From: Deltaproteobacteria bacterium
GTDB taxonomy: Bacteria; Myxococcota; Kuafuiibacteriia; Kuafuiibacteriales; Kuafuiibacteriaceae
NCBI GenBank assembly: GCA_040218735.1
Contig: JAVJQW010000062.1
Location: 341,838 to 405,837 of the forward strand
Reading direction: 5' to 3'
DNA length: 64,000 nucleotides
Part shown: one piece after another, positions 9,761 through 20,095 of the stretch
How positions within the stretch are numbered: position 1 is the stretch's first letter
How the letters are laid out: the number at the start of each line of letters is the position of its first letter
Notes under the pieces: generated by a model
What the model saw: only the letters and a program-made list of their open reading frames with translations
Told to the model about the DNA's origin: nothing
Databases searched by the model: none
Made by a program: the position numbers and the translations under genes

Positions 9761-11182
9761 TCACGACTTCATTCCGGCGTCGAGGTGGACCCGGAACGCG
9801 GCGCCCCCCAACGGGTGGTCGTCGAGCAGGGTGACGGCCCCGCCGTGCGCGCGCGCGACAGCGTCGACGATCGCGAGCCCGAGCCCGCTCCCACGCGGGC
9901 GCTCCGGCGGCCGCGCGGCGAAGAACCGGAGGAACACCTTGTCGCGGTTGCCCTCCGGGACGCCCGGCCCGTCGTCCGCCACCACGACCTCGGCGCCCCC
10001 GTTGGACGCCGTCAACCTGACCTGCACGTTGGATCGTGCGAACTCCGCTGCGTTGTCGACGAGGTTGTCGACCAGATCGCGGAGGCGCTCGGCGTTCCCG
10101 AAGATCACCAGTTCCACGGGCGCCTCGACGGTGAGGGTCACGCCGTCCCGGTGGACGTCGGCGTCGAACCGTTCGGCCGCAGCGCGGACGATCCCGGCGA
10201 GGTCGACCTCGGCGCGCGGCTCCTTCTCCAACCCCTCGTCGAGCCGCGCGAGCGCGAGCATCGCGTCGACGGAGCGCCGCATGTGCTCCCCCGCGAGCCG
10301 CACCGACTTCGCGATGCGCTGCCGTCGCTCGTCGTCGAGCAGGGTCTCGCCGTCCAACAGCTCGGAGGCCGCCTGCACCGCGGCGATGGGGTTCTTCAGA
10401 TCGTGCGCAAAGTCTGCCGCCACGTGCGCGGATTGCTCGACCTGGCCGACGAGGCGCTTCGTCAGGCGATCGAAGTCGCGCGAGAGCTGCCCGATCTCGT
10501 CCCGCCGCGTCAGCGCGATCGGCTCGGCCGTGCCGGCCGCGAGGTTACCGCGCACCCGCCGCTGCAGCTTCATCAGCGGCCCGACCACGGAGAACGTCAG
10601 CCACGCGCCCATCACCAACGCCCCCACCGCGAGCGCGAGCGTCAGCTTCAGCAGCTGAAAGCGCGCGTCGTACAGCGCCCGCACGCTCCGCCGGGAGATC
10701 CGCGCCGCGTAGAGGTAACCATCGTCGGTGGGGATCACGCGGAACAGGACGAACGCGCTACCGTCCTTCGGCCCGTGCCACGCGATGCTCGGTTGGCCGG
10801 TCTGGAACATCTGCCGCACCTCGGGCCGCGCGTGGACCGGGCCGAGCTCCGCGTCGAAGGCCAACAGATCCGGCGGCCCCTCCGGCCCGAAGAACAGATC
10901 CGCGAACCACGCCCACACCGGGATGCGGCTGACGCGACCGTCGCCCCAGTGCGGCGACGAGGCGGCGAGCTGCCCCCCCGACGCGTCGAAGCGCCTCAGG
11001 TACACCGCGTGCGCGCGCGCGAGGGCCTCGACGTCCGCGCCGGCCTCGATGGCTTCGAGATCGGACTCGGTGTCGGCGATGGCGTAGCGATCGTACAGCC
11101 CCATCAACCAGGCCGTGACGACCGGCGCGCAGACCAGGGCGAGGCACGCGAGCACGATCCGCGTCCCGACGCGGAAACGCAC
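9761..11182 (-). CDS. Sensor histidine kinase (HAMP-HisKA-HATPase)
   Basis: DEIGQL HAMP, AHDLKNP H-box, NLVDNA N-box, DDGPG, GSGLGLAI. Confidence 0.93.
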   Translation of the reverse strand: MRFRVGTRIVLACLALVCAPVVTAWLMGLYDRYAIADTESDLEAIEAGADVEALARAHAVYLRRFDASGGQLAASSPHWGDGRVSRIPVWAWFADLFFGPEGPPDLLAFDAELGPVHARPEVRQMFQTGQPSIAWHGPKDGSAFVLFRVIPTDDGYLYAARISRRSVRALYDARFQLLKLTLALAVGALVMGAWLTFSVVGPLMKLQRRVRGNLAAGTAEPIALTRRDEIGQLSRDFDRLTKRLVGQVEQSAHVAADFAHDLKNPIAAVQAASELLDGETLLDDERRQRIAKSVRLAGEHMRRSVDAMLALARLDEGLEKEPRAEVDLAGIVRAAAERFDADVHRDGVTLTVEAPVELVIFGNAERLRDLVDNLVDNAAEFARSNVQVRLTASNGGAEVVVADDGPGVPEGNRDKVFLRFFAARPPERPRGSGLGLAIVDAVARAHGGAVTLLDDHPLGGAAFRVHLDAGMKS

Positions 11183-11186
11183 GAGC

Positions 11187-11870
11187 CTACGGGCGGAAGC
11201 GATAACCGATGCTCCGGACCGTCTCGATCGGATCCGCCCCGTCCGCGGCGTCGCGGATCTTCTTCCGCAGGCGCTTCACGAACGTGTCGATCGTTCGGTG
11301 CGCGACGACGATGTCCTCTCCGTACACCGCGTCGATCAGCTGGTCGCGCGAGAACGCCCGCCCGGGCGACGCGACCATGGTGTAGAGGACCTCGAACTCC
11401 GTCGCGGTCAGCGCGAGCACCTCACCGCCCGCGTGCGCCAGGTGTGTGGCGCGGTCCACGCGCACGACGCCCGCCTCGACCGACTCCGTGGAGGGGCCCG
11501 CCTCGCGCACGCGACGAAGCACGGCGCGAACGCGGGCGATCAGCTCACGCACGGAGAAGGGTTTCGTGACGTAGTCGTCGGCGCCGATCTCCAAGCCCAC
11601 GATCTTGTCGACCTCGTCGTCGCGCGAGGTGAGCATCACGACGGGGGTTCGGCTCGTCGCGCGCAGGCGTCGGCAGACCTCGAACCCATCGACGTGCGGC
11701 ATCATGACGTCGAGCACCACGATGTCTGGCGCCCCGCGCGCGTGGGCCTCGAGCCCGGCGCGCCCGTCGCGGGCGACCTCGACCTCGAACCCGGCGTCCG
11801 TGAACGCCATCTGGACGAGGTCGACGAGCGCGTCGTCGTCGTCGACGACCAGGATGCGACCGCCCGACAC
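11187..11870 (-). CDS. OmpR-family response regulator
   Basis: ILVVDDD, LDVMMP, GADDYVTKPF and winged-helix IETVRSIGY; start taken at GTG 11870. Confidence 0.93.
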   Translation of the reverse strand: MSGGRILVVDDDDALVDLVQMAFTDAGFEVEVARDGRAGLEAHARGAPDIVVLDVMMPHVDGFEVCRRLRATSRTPVVMLTSRDDEVDKIVGLEIGADDYVTKPFSVRELIARVRAVLRRVREAGPSTESVEAGVVRVDRATHLAHAGGEVLALTATEFEVLYTMVASPGRAFSRDQLIDAVYGEDIVVAHRTIDTFVKRLRKKIRDAADGADPIETVRSIGYRFRP

Positions 11871-11930
11871 GGCGCGAGCATACGTGACTTCGACTTTCCT
11901 TTTCGACCCCGGCTGTGATGGCCTCGCGGC

Positions 11931-12905
11931 ATGCGGAGCGTCGTCGAGCGCATGAAGGGCCAACGCGTCGCCGTCCTGGGCGACCCGGTGCTCGACATCT
12001 ATCTGTACGGGTCGACGCACCGGATCTCACGGGAAGCACCCGTGCTGATCGTCAAGGAGGACGACCGCGCGACGTTCCTCGGCGGGGCCGCCAACACCGC
12101 GCACAACTTCGCCGCGTTCGGCGCCGAGACCTCCCTCATCGGGCTGGTCGGCACCGACGAAGCGGGGACCGAGCTCGCCGCGCTGGCGACCGCCGCGAAG
12201 ATCGATCCCGGCCGCCTCGTCCGCCGCACCACGGGCCACACCATCACCAAGACCCGCGTCCTCGCGGGCGGCCTGCACACCCGCAAACAGCAGATGCTCC
12301 GCATCGACCGGGAGAACGACCGCCCGATCGACGCCGAGGAGACGGAGCGCCTGGTGCGCACGGTGAACGAAGCGATCGCTGACCTCGACGCGCTCGTGAT
12401 CTCCGACTACGGCGACGAGAGCCTCACGGACCTCTACGTCGAGCTCGCGGCGCGCGCGCGGGCGGCGGACAAACTCGTCGTCGTCGACAGCCGCTACGCG
12501 CTCGGGAAGTTCGCGGGGGTCTCCGCGGTGACGCCGAACGAGCCGGAGGTCGAGCAGACCTTCGCGGTGCGGCTCGAGTCCGACGACGACGCCCGCGCCG
12601 CGGCGGAGCGCCTCGTGCGCGAGCTGTCGCTCGACTACGCGCTCCTCACTCGGGGCAGTGAGGGCATGGCGGTCGCCGCGAGGGATCGCGACACCGTCCT
12701 GCTCCCGGCGCACGGGGCCCAGGAAGCGGTCGACGTCACCGGCGCCGGCGACACCGTCACCGCGGCGTTCACGCTCGCCCTGCTCGCGGGCGCGGACGTG
12801 GTCGACGCCGCACGCATCGCCAACGCGGCAGCGTCCCAGGTGGTGCGGGTGATGGGCGCGGCGACGTGTGACCCCGAGGTCCTGCTCGCGGAGCTCGGCA
12901 CATGA
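11931..12905 (+). CDS. rfaE1: D-glycero-beta-D-manno-heptose-7-phosphate kinase (RfaE domain I, PfkB family)
   Basis: [34 protein letters not shown]. Confidence 0.88.
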   Translation: MRSVVERMKGQRVAVLGDPVLDIYLYGSTHRISREAPVLIVKEDDRATFLGGAANTAHNFAAFGAETSLIGLVGTDEAGTELAALATAAKIDPGRLVRRTTGHTITKTRVLAGGLHTRKQQMLRIDRENDRPIDAEETERLVRTVNEAIADLDALVISDYGDESLTDLYVELAARARAADKLVVVDSRYALGKFAGVSAVTPNEPEVEQTFAVRLESDDDARAAAERLVRELSLDYALLTRGSEGMAVAARDRDTVLLPAHGAQEAVDVTGAGDTVTAAFTLALLAGADVVDAARIANAAASQVVRVMGAATCDPEVLLAELGT

Positions 12906-13378
12906 AGACCGCGACCGCCGCCAAACGCACCACGCTCGATGCGCTCGTCGCGGAGCGCCCCGCGGGGACGATCGTCATGGCCAACGGAGTGTTCGACCTC
13001 TTCCACGTCGGGCACCTGCGCTACCTGGAGGCGGCGGCCGCCGAGGCCGAGGTCCTGGTGGTCGCGATCAACAGCGACGCCTCGACCCGCGCCTACAAAG
13101 GACCGAACCGACCGATCGTCCCCGAGGGCGAGCGCGCGGAGATCGTCGCCGGCCTCGCGTGTGTGGACCACGTCCTGGTGTTCGACGAGCCCGACGTGGT
13201 GCGGGTGCTGGAGCGCCTCCGGCCCGACGTCCACGCCAAGGGCACCGACTACACGGCCGAGACGGTGCCGGAGCGCCACGTGGTGGAGGGCTACGGCGGT
13301 CGCGTCGCCATCTGCGGCGACCCCAAGGACCACAGCACCACCGACATGATTTCCCGAATGGAGACGGACTCGGTGTAG
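12902..13378 (+). CDS. rfaE2: D-glycero-beta-D-manno-heptose-1-phosphate adenylyltransferase (RfaE domain II)
   Basis: [32 protein letters not shown]. Confidence 0.9.
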   Translation: MKTATAAKRTTLDALVAERPAGTIVMANGVFDLFHVGHLRYLEAAAAEAEVLVVAINSDASTRAYKGPNRPIVPEGERAEIVAGLACVDHVLVFDEPDVVRVLERLRPDVHAKGTDYTAETVPERHVVEGYGGRVAICGDPKDHSTTDMISRMETDSV

Positions 13379-13387
13379 ACTGGGGCC

Positions 13388-15034
13388 GTGGCGGATCTGC
13401 CGCGGGTCTTTGGGCGGTACATGCTCCTCAAGTCGCTCGGCTCGGGCGGCACGGGGGACGTCCACCTCGCCCGCCCCCTCGATCGCGACGCCAAGGCGCC
13501 GAGCCCCGTCGTCATCAAGCGCCTCCACGCGCAGCTCGCCCAGCAGGAGAACTTCGTCCGGCGATTCGCGCACGAGGCGGACATCGCAGTCGCGGTGAAC
13601 ACGCCGCACGTGGCGAAGGCGTTCGACGTCGGGCGCGTGGGCGAGACCTTCTACATCGCAATGGAGTACATCGCCGGGTGGACGGTCTCGCGGATCGCTT
13701 CGGACCTCGAGAAGAGCGGCCGGCGCCCCACCCTCCCGGCGATCGCCGACATCGTCTGCGGCGGCCTCGCCGGCCTCGCGGCGCTGCACGACGCCGTACA
13801 CCCCGAGACCGGGCAGGTGCTGCACATCGTCCACCGCGACATCGCGCCGAAGAACCTGATGCTCGGCGAGGACGGGGTCACGCGCCTGATCGACCTCGGC
13901 CTCGGTAAGTCGACCGTCCAGGACTGGAAGACCGGCACCGGCGTGGTGATGGGCTCGCCGGGGTACATGTCGCCCGAGCAGGTCATCGCGGGCGACGTCG
14001 ACCGCCGCGCGGACCTCTACGCGATGGGGATCGTCCTGTGGGAGCTGCTCACCCAGCAGTTCTACATCAAACGCGCCGCCCTCCCCCTGATGCTCCGCGC
14101 GCAGACGCGCCCGAATCAGGTCCCGCCGTCGAAGCTGCGGGACGACGTGAGCCCCGAGCTCGACGCCGTCGTGATGCGCGCGCTCCACCCGGATCCCGCG
14201 CAGCGCTTCGAGGACGCCGACGAATTCTGTGCGGCGCTGCGCGGCGCGATACCGGAGGACAAGAGCCAGGGCGCGGCGGCGACGATCGTCAGTGACCTGC
14301 TGTGGGGCGAGCTCGGCGAGTCGAAGACGGAGGTGACGCAGCTACTCTCGCGCGTGACCTCCTCGCCGAACCTGGAGGCGACAGAGGGCGTGGAGGTCTT
14401 CGCGCTGCGCGAGGGCGTGGACCTCGGACGCGTCGTGCCGCAGATCGAAGTCGGCCCCGCCCGGACCCCGGACGTCCACGCGGAAGCCGCGATGGGTCCG
14501 GACGTCTCCACGCCGACGCCGTACGCCTCGTACTCCGGGCTCTCCGCCGTGACCCCGCCCTCCAAGGGCGTTCCGATGCAGATGGTGGTCGCGTTGATGG
14601 TGCTCATGCTGCTCGCCGGCGCCGCGGGGGCGTTGGTCCTGACGCGCGCACCCGCGCAGCCCGCCGAGGTGGTGACCGCCGCACCGATGACGCCGCCGAA
14701 GATCACGGTGATCGCGACGCCGGAGGCAAGGCCCGAGCCCGAGCCTGTGGAGGCCGCCGAGGAACAGGCCCCCGTGACGAAGACGCGGCGCCGTCGGGCG
14801 CGGCCCGCGCCGCCGCCGGCCGCGGAGGCGCCGCCACCGGCCGAGGCCCCCGCGCCGACGATGAAGTCCCTGGTGCAGCGCGCGCTCGCGCTCCAGAACC
14901 GACGCCCGGGGGATCGCGAAGTCTCGAAGCTCGTCACGCAGTTGATGATGGAGAGCCAGCGATCGCAAATCACCGATGACGAGCTCCGCGCCCTGGCAAA
15001 AAAGATCCGGGCGGCGGAGAAACAGGGGCAGTGA
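13388..15034 (+). CDS. Membrane-anchored Hanks-type Ser/Thr protein kinase
   Basis: GSGGTGDV, VIKRL, HRDIAPKN, DLG, GSPGYMSPEQ; TM segment followed by a Pro-rich C-terminus. Confidence 0.93.
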   Translation: MADLPRVFGRYMLLKSLGSGGTGDVHLARPLDRDAKAPSPVVIKRLHAQLAQQENFVRRFAHEADIAVAVNTPHVAKAFDVGRVGETFYIAMEYIAGWTVSRIASDLEKSGRRPTLPAIADIVCGGLAGLAALHDAVHPETGQVLHIVHRDIAPKNLMLGEDGVTRLIDLGLGKSTVQDWKTGTGVVMGSPGYMSPEQVIAGDVDRRADLYAMGIVLWELLTQQFYIKRAALPLMLRAQTRPNQVPPSKLRDDVSPELDAVVMRALHPDPAQRFEDADEFCAALRGAIPEDKSQGAAATIVSDLLWGELGESKTEVTQLLSRVTSSPNLEATEGVEVFALREGVDLGRVVPQIEVGPARTPDVHAEAAMGPDVSTPTPYASYSGLSAVTPPSKGVPMQMVVALMVLMLLAGAAGALVLTRAPAQPAEVVTAAPMTPPKITVIATPEARPEPEPVEAAEEQAPVTKTRRRRARPAPPPAAEAPPPAEAPAPTMKSLVQRALALQNRRPGDREVSKLVTQLMMESQRSQITDDELRALAKKIRAAEKQGQ

Positions 15035-15858
15035 GCCCCGCCCTCTTCGTCGCGGTCGCCGCCATCGCGCAGACGCCGCAGGCCATCGCGATCCTCCCGA
15101 CGGTCGTCGGTGACTCCGACGCCGCGCCCACCTCGCGCGCGCTCTTCGACGCCACGCGCGACGCGACGGCGTGGCGACGCGGCCTCGTGGCGGTGCCCTA
15201 CAACACGCTGTTCCTGGAGGGCGCCGCGCCCGTCGCGCGCACGCTCCGTGAGTGTGGTGCGCGGCCCGACTGCATTCGTCGCGTGATGCGCGAGCACGAC
15301 ATCGATCTGCTGCTGAACGTCATCGCGAGCTACGCGGTGGATCCGCCGATCGTCACGCTCACGCTCATCGACGACGGCGAGTCGACGCAGAACGTGGTGT
15401 TCCAGCCGGCCGCCTCGTCGGTCACGGCGCTGCTGCCCAACAAGGCCGCTCAGCTGTTGGACACTGCCGGCTTCGATCGCGTCGGCGGTGCCTCGATCGC
15501 CGTGGTGCCCGCGGGGGCGCGCATCGCGCTCGAGGGTGCGGACCTCGAACGCAGCGACGCGGGGCAGTCGACGTTCCGCGCGACGCCCGGCACCTACGCC
15601 TTGTCGGTGACCCTCGACGGTCACGAGCCCATTCGGCGCGAGGTGTCGATCGCGGAGGGGGAGACGACGCGTGTCGAGCTCCTGCTCCAGCCGATCGCGG
15701 TCGAACCGGCGATCGTCGAGCGGCATTGGTTCTGGGTCGCGGTGGGGGCGGTGGTCGTAGGTGCGGCGACGACCGCCGTGGTGGTCGCGACGCGTCCGGA
15801 CGCGGCCACGTGCCTGTGTATCGGGGGCCCCGAGACGGTGTGCCCGCCGTGTGAGTAG
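15031..15858 (+). CDS. PEGA-domain exported protein with a C-terminal TM helix
   Basis: 'PAGARIALEG...PGTYALSVTLDGHEPIRREVSI' PEGA pattern; 'HWFWVAVGAVVV' myxobacterial-type C-terminal anchor. Confidence 0.75.
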   Translation: MSPALFVAVAAIAQTPQAIAILPTVVGDSDAAPTSRALFDATRDATAWRRGLVAVPYNTLFLEGAAPVARTLRECGARPDCIRRVMREHDIDLLLNVIASYAVDPPIVTLTLIDDGESTQNVVFQPAASSVTALLPNKAAQLLDTAGFDRVGGASIAVVPAGARIALEGADLERSDAGQSTFRATPGTYALSVTLDGHEPIRREVSIAEGETTRVELLLQPIAVEPAIVERHWFWVAVGAVVVGAATTAVVVATRPDAATCLCIGGPETVCPPCE

Positions 15859-17518
15859 ACTGCGCGTCGTGCGCTCACTCCTCCTCGCGCTGATCTTCCT
15901 GTTCGTCGGGTGCAAGAGCTCCGACGCCAAACCCGCCGCCAAGACGCAACGTGACGCCGGCATCCCGAAGGTCGCGAAGGTGAAGCGGAAGCGCCAAGCG
16001 ATGGCGAAGCAGAACCTCGCGCGGATCAGCACGAAGCCGCGGACGAAGATCGACCGGGCCAACGCGAAGTCGGCGATCGGGATGAACCTCGTGCACCTCG
16101 ACTTCGTGTCGACGGAGTGGGCGTTCCTCGACTCGGTGCGCACCGCAGGCTGGTGGACGTCGGGCACGGTCGACCAGTGGAACGACGGTCGTCGGATCGA
16201 GAAGACGGAGGCGGGGTGGCCGAAGAAGCTCGCGTCGGGCCAGCGGGCGTCGGTCGTGATCTCCGCGCAGGAGGGCGGCCCGATGGTGCTGACCTACGCG
16301 GGGCGTGGCGGGTTGGAGATCGCCGGGACGGAGCAGCCGCTGAAAGGGCTCGCGAAGAAGAAGAACCGCATCACGTTCACTGCGCAGCCGAACCAACGCA
16401 TGACGCTGACGATCGTCGAGACGGACCCGAAGGATCCGATCGTCGACGTGCGCGTGTATCCGAAGCGCTACGAAGAGCGCGTGCAGGCCGGCGCGGTGTT
16501 CCACCCCGTGTTCCTCGAGCGGCTCGCTCCGTTTTCGGTGCTGCGGTTCATGGACTGGCAGATCATCAACGGGACGCGCGTGCAGCGGTGGGAGCAGCGC
16601 TCGGACCCGCGCTTCTACGCGCAGGCGGTGCCGGCGGGCGTCGCGTACGAGTACATGGTGCTGCTCGCGAACACGCTGAAGGCCGACCCGTGGCTGTGCA
16701 TCCCGCACGGCGCGGACGACGCGTTCGTGGAGAAGCTCGCGACGTTCTTGCGCGAGGAGCTCGACCCGTCGCTGACGCTGTACATCGAGTACTCGAACGA
16801 GGTCTGGCACGACCACCCGGCCTTCACGCAGGCGGCGTACGCGCGAGAGCGCGCGGCGGCGGCGAAGCTCGACAAGGATCCGGACGGCGCGAAGATGATG
16901 TTCCAGGGGCGACGCAGCACCGAGATCATGAAGATCTTCGAACGCATCTTCGGCACCGAGCACCTCGTGCGGGTGCTCGGGAGCCAGCTCGGGAACCACT
17001 ACGCACACGACGCGCTGGTGAAGGAGCGCGAGACCCGCGCGCACCACGACGCGATCGCGATCGGCGTGTACTTCGGGCACGAGGTCTCGGGGCTCGACGA
17101 CCTGCTGAAGAAGGACGACGAGGAGAAGATCCACGCGCTGATCGAGAAGACGTCACTCCCTTGGACGATCGACGCCATCCGCTCCTCCACGCGGTGGGGC
17201 GAGGCGAACGACTTCGACGTCATCGCCTACGAGGGCGGCCAGCACCTCGTCACGCACCCCGGCCTCGAACAGAACCGCCAGGTGCAGAGCCTCCTCGACC
17301 GCGTCGACGCGGACCCGCGGATGAAGGGCCACTACGCGAAGCTGCTCGCCGGGTGGAAGGCCGAAGGCGGCGGCGTCTTCGTGCACTTCGTGTACGCCGC
17401 CGAGCCCGCCCCGTTCGGGCGCTTCGGCGCGCTGCGCTCCACCGGTCAGCCGCCAAAGGACGCGCCGAAGTACGAGGCGCTGTTGGAGTTCATCGAGAAG
17501 AACCCGCGCTGGTGGTGA
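15851..17518 (+). CDS. Lipoprotein with a clan GH-A-like glycoside hydrolase domain
   Basis: Lipobox LFVGC; 'LRFMDW', 'PWLCIPH', 'YIEYSNEVW', 'AYEGGQH'. Start at GTG 15851 or 15869. Confidence 0.65.
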   Translation: MSRLRVVRSLLLALIFLFVGCKSSDAKPAAKTQRDAGIPKVAKVKRKRQAMAKQNLARISTKPRTKIDRANAKSAIGMNLVHLDFVSTEWAFLDSVRTAGWWTSGTVDQWNDGRRIEKTEAGWPKKLASGQRASVVISAQEGGPMVLTYAGRGGLEIAGTEQPLKGLAKKKNRITFTAQPNQRMTLTIVETDPKDPIVDVRVYPKRYEERVQAGAVFHPVFLERLAPFSVLRFMDWQIINGTRVQRWEQRSDPRFYAQAVPAGVAYEYMVLLANTLKADPWLCIPHGADDAFVEKLATFLREELDPSLTLYIEYSNEVWHDHPAFTQAAYARERAAAAKLDKDPDGAKMMFQGRRSTEIMKIFERIFGTEHLVRVLGSQLGNHYAHDALVKERETRAHHDAIAIGVYFGHEVSGLDDLLKKDDEEKIHALIEKTSLPWTIDAIRSSTRWGEANDFDVIAYEGGQHLVTHPGLEQNRQVQSLLDRVDADPRMKGHYAKLLAGWKAEGGGVFVHFVYAAEPAPFGRFGALRSTGQPPKDAPKYEALLEFIEKNPRWW

Positions 17519-17556
17519 CTCGGCCGCGGTGGTCGATTCCGCGCAGCGCGGCGGCG

Positions 17557-18525
17557 TCAGTCTCGCCGACGTTCGCGCCGATCCTGACGACGCTCGCGGC
17601 GGTCCTGCCGGCGCTCTTTGCGATCCTCGCGGCGCTCGATGCGGCGCGCCTTGCGATCGTCGCGGCGGTCCTTGCGATCGTCGCGGCGCTCGATGCGGCG
17701 CGCCTTACGATCGTCGCGGCGATCCATCCGGCGCTCCTGTCGGCGATCGCGGCGCTCGATGCGGCGCGCTTTACGCGCGGCGCGGTGGTGGCGGCGCACG
17801 CTCACGCGGGTCACGGGGCGCCCGGTCGTCTTCTGCACGTACGTCACCGTGGGCAGTCCGATGCGCGTGGCGCCGAACACCACCTTCGAACGCGCGGTGG
17901 GGAGCGCGTGGCGACGATGGATGCGCGTGCCGAAGGTGTTCGCGCGAACGGCGAACCACAACGACGGCGTCCCGTAGTAACTCGCGGAGACGCCGGCCGG
18001 TCCGAGCGGCGCCCACGCGACGTAGTCACCGCCGTGTCGCCACTGCACCCACGCCGGGCTGTACTCGTAGCCCGGGATCCAGGACCAGCCGTGGCCGCCG
18101 AGGTAGACCCAGCGCCCGTAGTGGAAGGGGGCCCAGCCCCACGCGTAGCGCGACTGGAACGTCCAGCCGTCGGCGGTGTAGACCCACTGCCCCTCCGTGT
18201 ACGGCCGCCACCCTGGGTACGGCGCGCGCGGGACCCAGACGCGCCCGTAGCGCGACGTCCCGACCCAGCGACCGTGCGGGCTCAGCGCGGTCTCGAACTC
18301 CGCCATCGTCGGCGGCGCGTCGTCGTCGCCGTCGTCGTCCGCGACCATGGGTTGGTTCGGGTCCTGCGTCGGCGGCGCGTCCTTCATCGTCTCGAAGGGA
18401 TCCGCGCCGGTCGACACGCGCTCCTCGAACGGCCCCGCTTCTTCGATCGGGGGCGGCGTCCCGATCTCCTGCGCGAACGCGGACAACGGAGCGGCGACGA
18501 GGGCGGCGATGAGCAGGGGCTTCAT
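17557..18525 (-). CDS. Exported DUF6600-like protein with an Arg/Asp/Glu-rich repetitive C-terminus
   Basis: Signal peptide; 'LSPHGRW...YGRVWVP...WRPYTEGQW...WGWAPFHYGRW...WSWIPG...PAWV...WAPL'. Confidence 0.75.
   Translation of the reverse strand: MKPLLIAALVAAPLSAFAQEIGTPPPIEEAGPFEERVSTGADPFETMKDAPPTQDPNQPMVADDDGDDDAPPTMAEFETALSPHGRWVGTSRYGRVWVPRAPYPGWRPYTEGQWVYTADGWTFQSRYAWGWAPFHYGRWVYLGGHGWSWIPGYEYSPAWVQWRHGGDYVAWAPLGPAGVSASYYGTPSLWFAVRANTFGTRIHRRHALPTARSKVVFGATRIGLPTVTYVQKTTGRPVTRVSVRRHHRAARKARRIERRDRRQERRMDRRDDRKARRIERRDDRKDRRDDRKARRIERREDRKERRQDRRERRQDRRERRRD
17560..17775 (-). repeat. Coding tandem repeat (RKARRIERRDD-like units)
   Basis: Three copies of cgcggcgctcgatgcggcgcgc, plus related short units, are visible on the + strand. 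Confidence 0.8.
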
Positions 18526-18583
18526 GACGTAGAAACGTACCTCGAATGGGAGGTGTTTCGTACGTGACGGCGGTCCCAGGGGG

Positions 18584-20080
18584 TCAGCGCGCGGCGGTGT
18601 AGAGGACGGCGATGTCGAGGACCTCGGCGCCGCGACCGGCCGCGGGGACCGTCAGCTCGATGACCGACGACTGCGCGGTCGTACCGCCGAACGCGGCGGC
18701 CGCGGTCAACGACGTCGCCCACAGCGAGACATTCGGCGTGAGCGTGCGCGCCGAGCTGGCCGTCGACGGGTTCGGCACCGTGGTGTTCAGCGTCAGCGGC
18801 ACGACCGAGAGGTTGAACGTCGCGGTGTGCGTGATGGTCGTCGGGTTGCGGTACGTGACCTGGACCGTCACCGGCGCCGTCGTCACGAGGTCCGTCGGTC
18901 GCGGCACGCGGCAGCGGTAGACGCTCTGGTTGTTGCTGATGAACAGGTACCCGAACTGACCGGGGTTGCCGTTGAGGTGCTCGCAGCGCGCCGCCGCCCG
19001 GACCTGACGGTCCGCGATCGACGCGTCGTTCACGCAGCTCGCGCACGGCACGCCGGCGGGGCCGGTCGCTCCGGTCGCGCCCTGCGGACCGGTGCTGCCC
19101 GTCGCGCCCTGCGGACCCGGGCTACCGGTGTTGCCGGTCGGTCCCGCGGGGCCGACGCTGCCGACCGGGCCCTGCGGCCCGACGTTGCCCTGCGGTCCGG
19201 CGGGGCCAGCGGGGCCGGCCGGGCCCTGGGGGCCGGTGTTGCCCGTGGGGCCGCGCGGACCGACGTTGCCCTGCGGTCCGGCGGGGCCAGCGGGGCCGGC
19301 CGGGCCAACCGGACCGACCGCACCGACGGGGCCCTGGGGGCCGGTGTTGCCGATCGGACCCTGGGGGCCCTGCGGACCGGTGTTGCCCGTGTTGCCGGTC
19401 GGTCCCTGCGGGCCCACGGCGCCGGTCGGTCCGACGTTGCCGGTCGGTCCCTGCGGGCCCGTGTTGCCGGTGTTGCCCGCCGGACCCTGCGGACCCGTCG
19501 GCCCCTGCGGTCCAATGGCGCCCGTCGCGCCCGCGGGTCCCGGCGCGCCCGTCGGTCCCGCCGCGCCCGCCGGTCCGGGGCCACCGGCCGGACCCACGGC
19601 GCCCTGCGGTCCGGTCGGTCCCGCCGGACCGGGTGGGCCATCGAGGCCCGCCGGCCCGGTCGCGCCCGTCGGCCCGGTCGGTCCCACGGGGCCGCCCGCG
19701 TCGGCGGACAGCGCGCGCACCGCGAACGGCACGAACCCCGCGCGGAAGCGCGGCGCGAGCTCGGTGGCGTCGTCGCCGACCTCCAAGCCGATGTAGAGGT
19801 CGGCGCCGTTGAAGATCGAAGCGTCGAGCGCCGTGACCTCACCGATCGTGAAGTAGAAGTACCCGCCCAGCGGCATCACGCCCGTGTGGGTCTCTTCGAA
19901 CAGCGGCGTGCCGCCGTTTTCGACGTCGTACAGGCGCACGACGATGTCGACCGGTGTGTCGATCGGCATCTGCGCTTCGTCCGTGATGAACCCTTCGAAG
20001 GGCAAGGTGACTTGCGCGACGGCGGTCGCGGGCGCGAGCAGCGCGATGAGGGCGAGGGGCGTGATCGTTCGTCGCAACAT
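18584..20080 (-). CDS. Secreted collagen-like fibre protein
   Basis: Signal peptide, globular N-domain, 72 uninterrupted Gly-X-Y triplets, CASC, beta-rich C-domain. Confidence 0.9.
   Translation of the reverse strand: MLRRTITPLALIALLAPATAVAQVTLPFEGFITDEAQMPIDTPVDIVVRLYDVENGGTPLFEETHTGVMPLGGYFYFTIGEVTALDASIFNGADLYIGLEVGDDATELAPRFRAGFVPFAVRALSADAGGPVGPTGPTGATGPAGLDGPPGPAGPTGPQGAVGPAGGPGPAGAAGPTGAPGPAGATGAIGPQGPTGPQGPAGNTGNTGPQGPTGNVGPTGAVGPQGPTGNTGNTGPQGPQGPIGNTGPQGPVGAVGPVGPAGPAGPAGPQGNVGPRGPTGNTGPQGPAGPAGPAGPQGNVGPQGPVGSVGPAGPTGNTGSPGPQGATGSTGPQGATGATGPAGVPCASCVNDASIADRQVRAAARCEHLNGNPGQFGYLFISNNQSVYRCRVPRPTDLVTTAPVTVQVTYRNPTTITHTATFNLSVVPLTLNTTVPNPSTASSARTLTPNVSLWATSLTAAAAFGGTTAQSSVIELTVPAAGRGAEVLDIAVLYTAAR
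19046..19693 (-). repeat. Collagen Gly-X-Y repeat region (72 triplets)
   Basis: Counted from GPV to GVP in the translation. Confidence 0.95.
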
Positions 20081-20095
20081 CTTCGTTTGTCTTTC

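Noticed and set aside
19046-19693. Repetitive DNA resembling an array
   Set aside because: It is a 9-bp-period collagen coding repeat with no unique spacers; not CRISPR.
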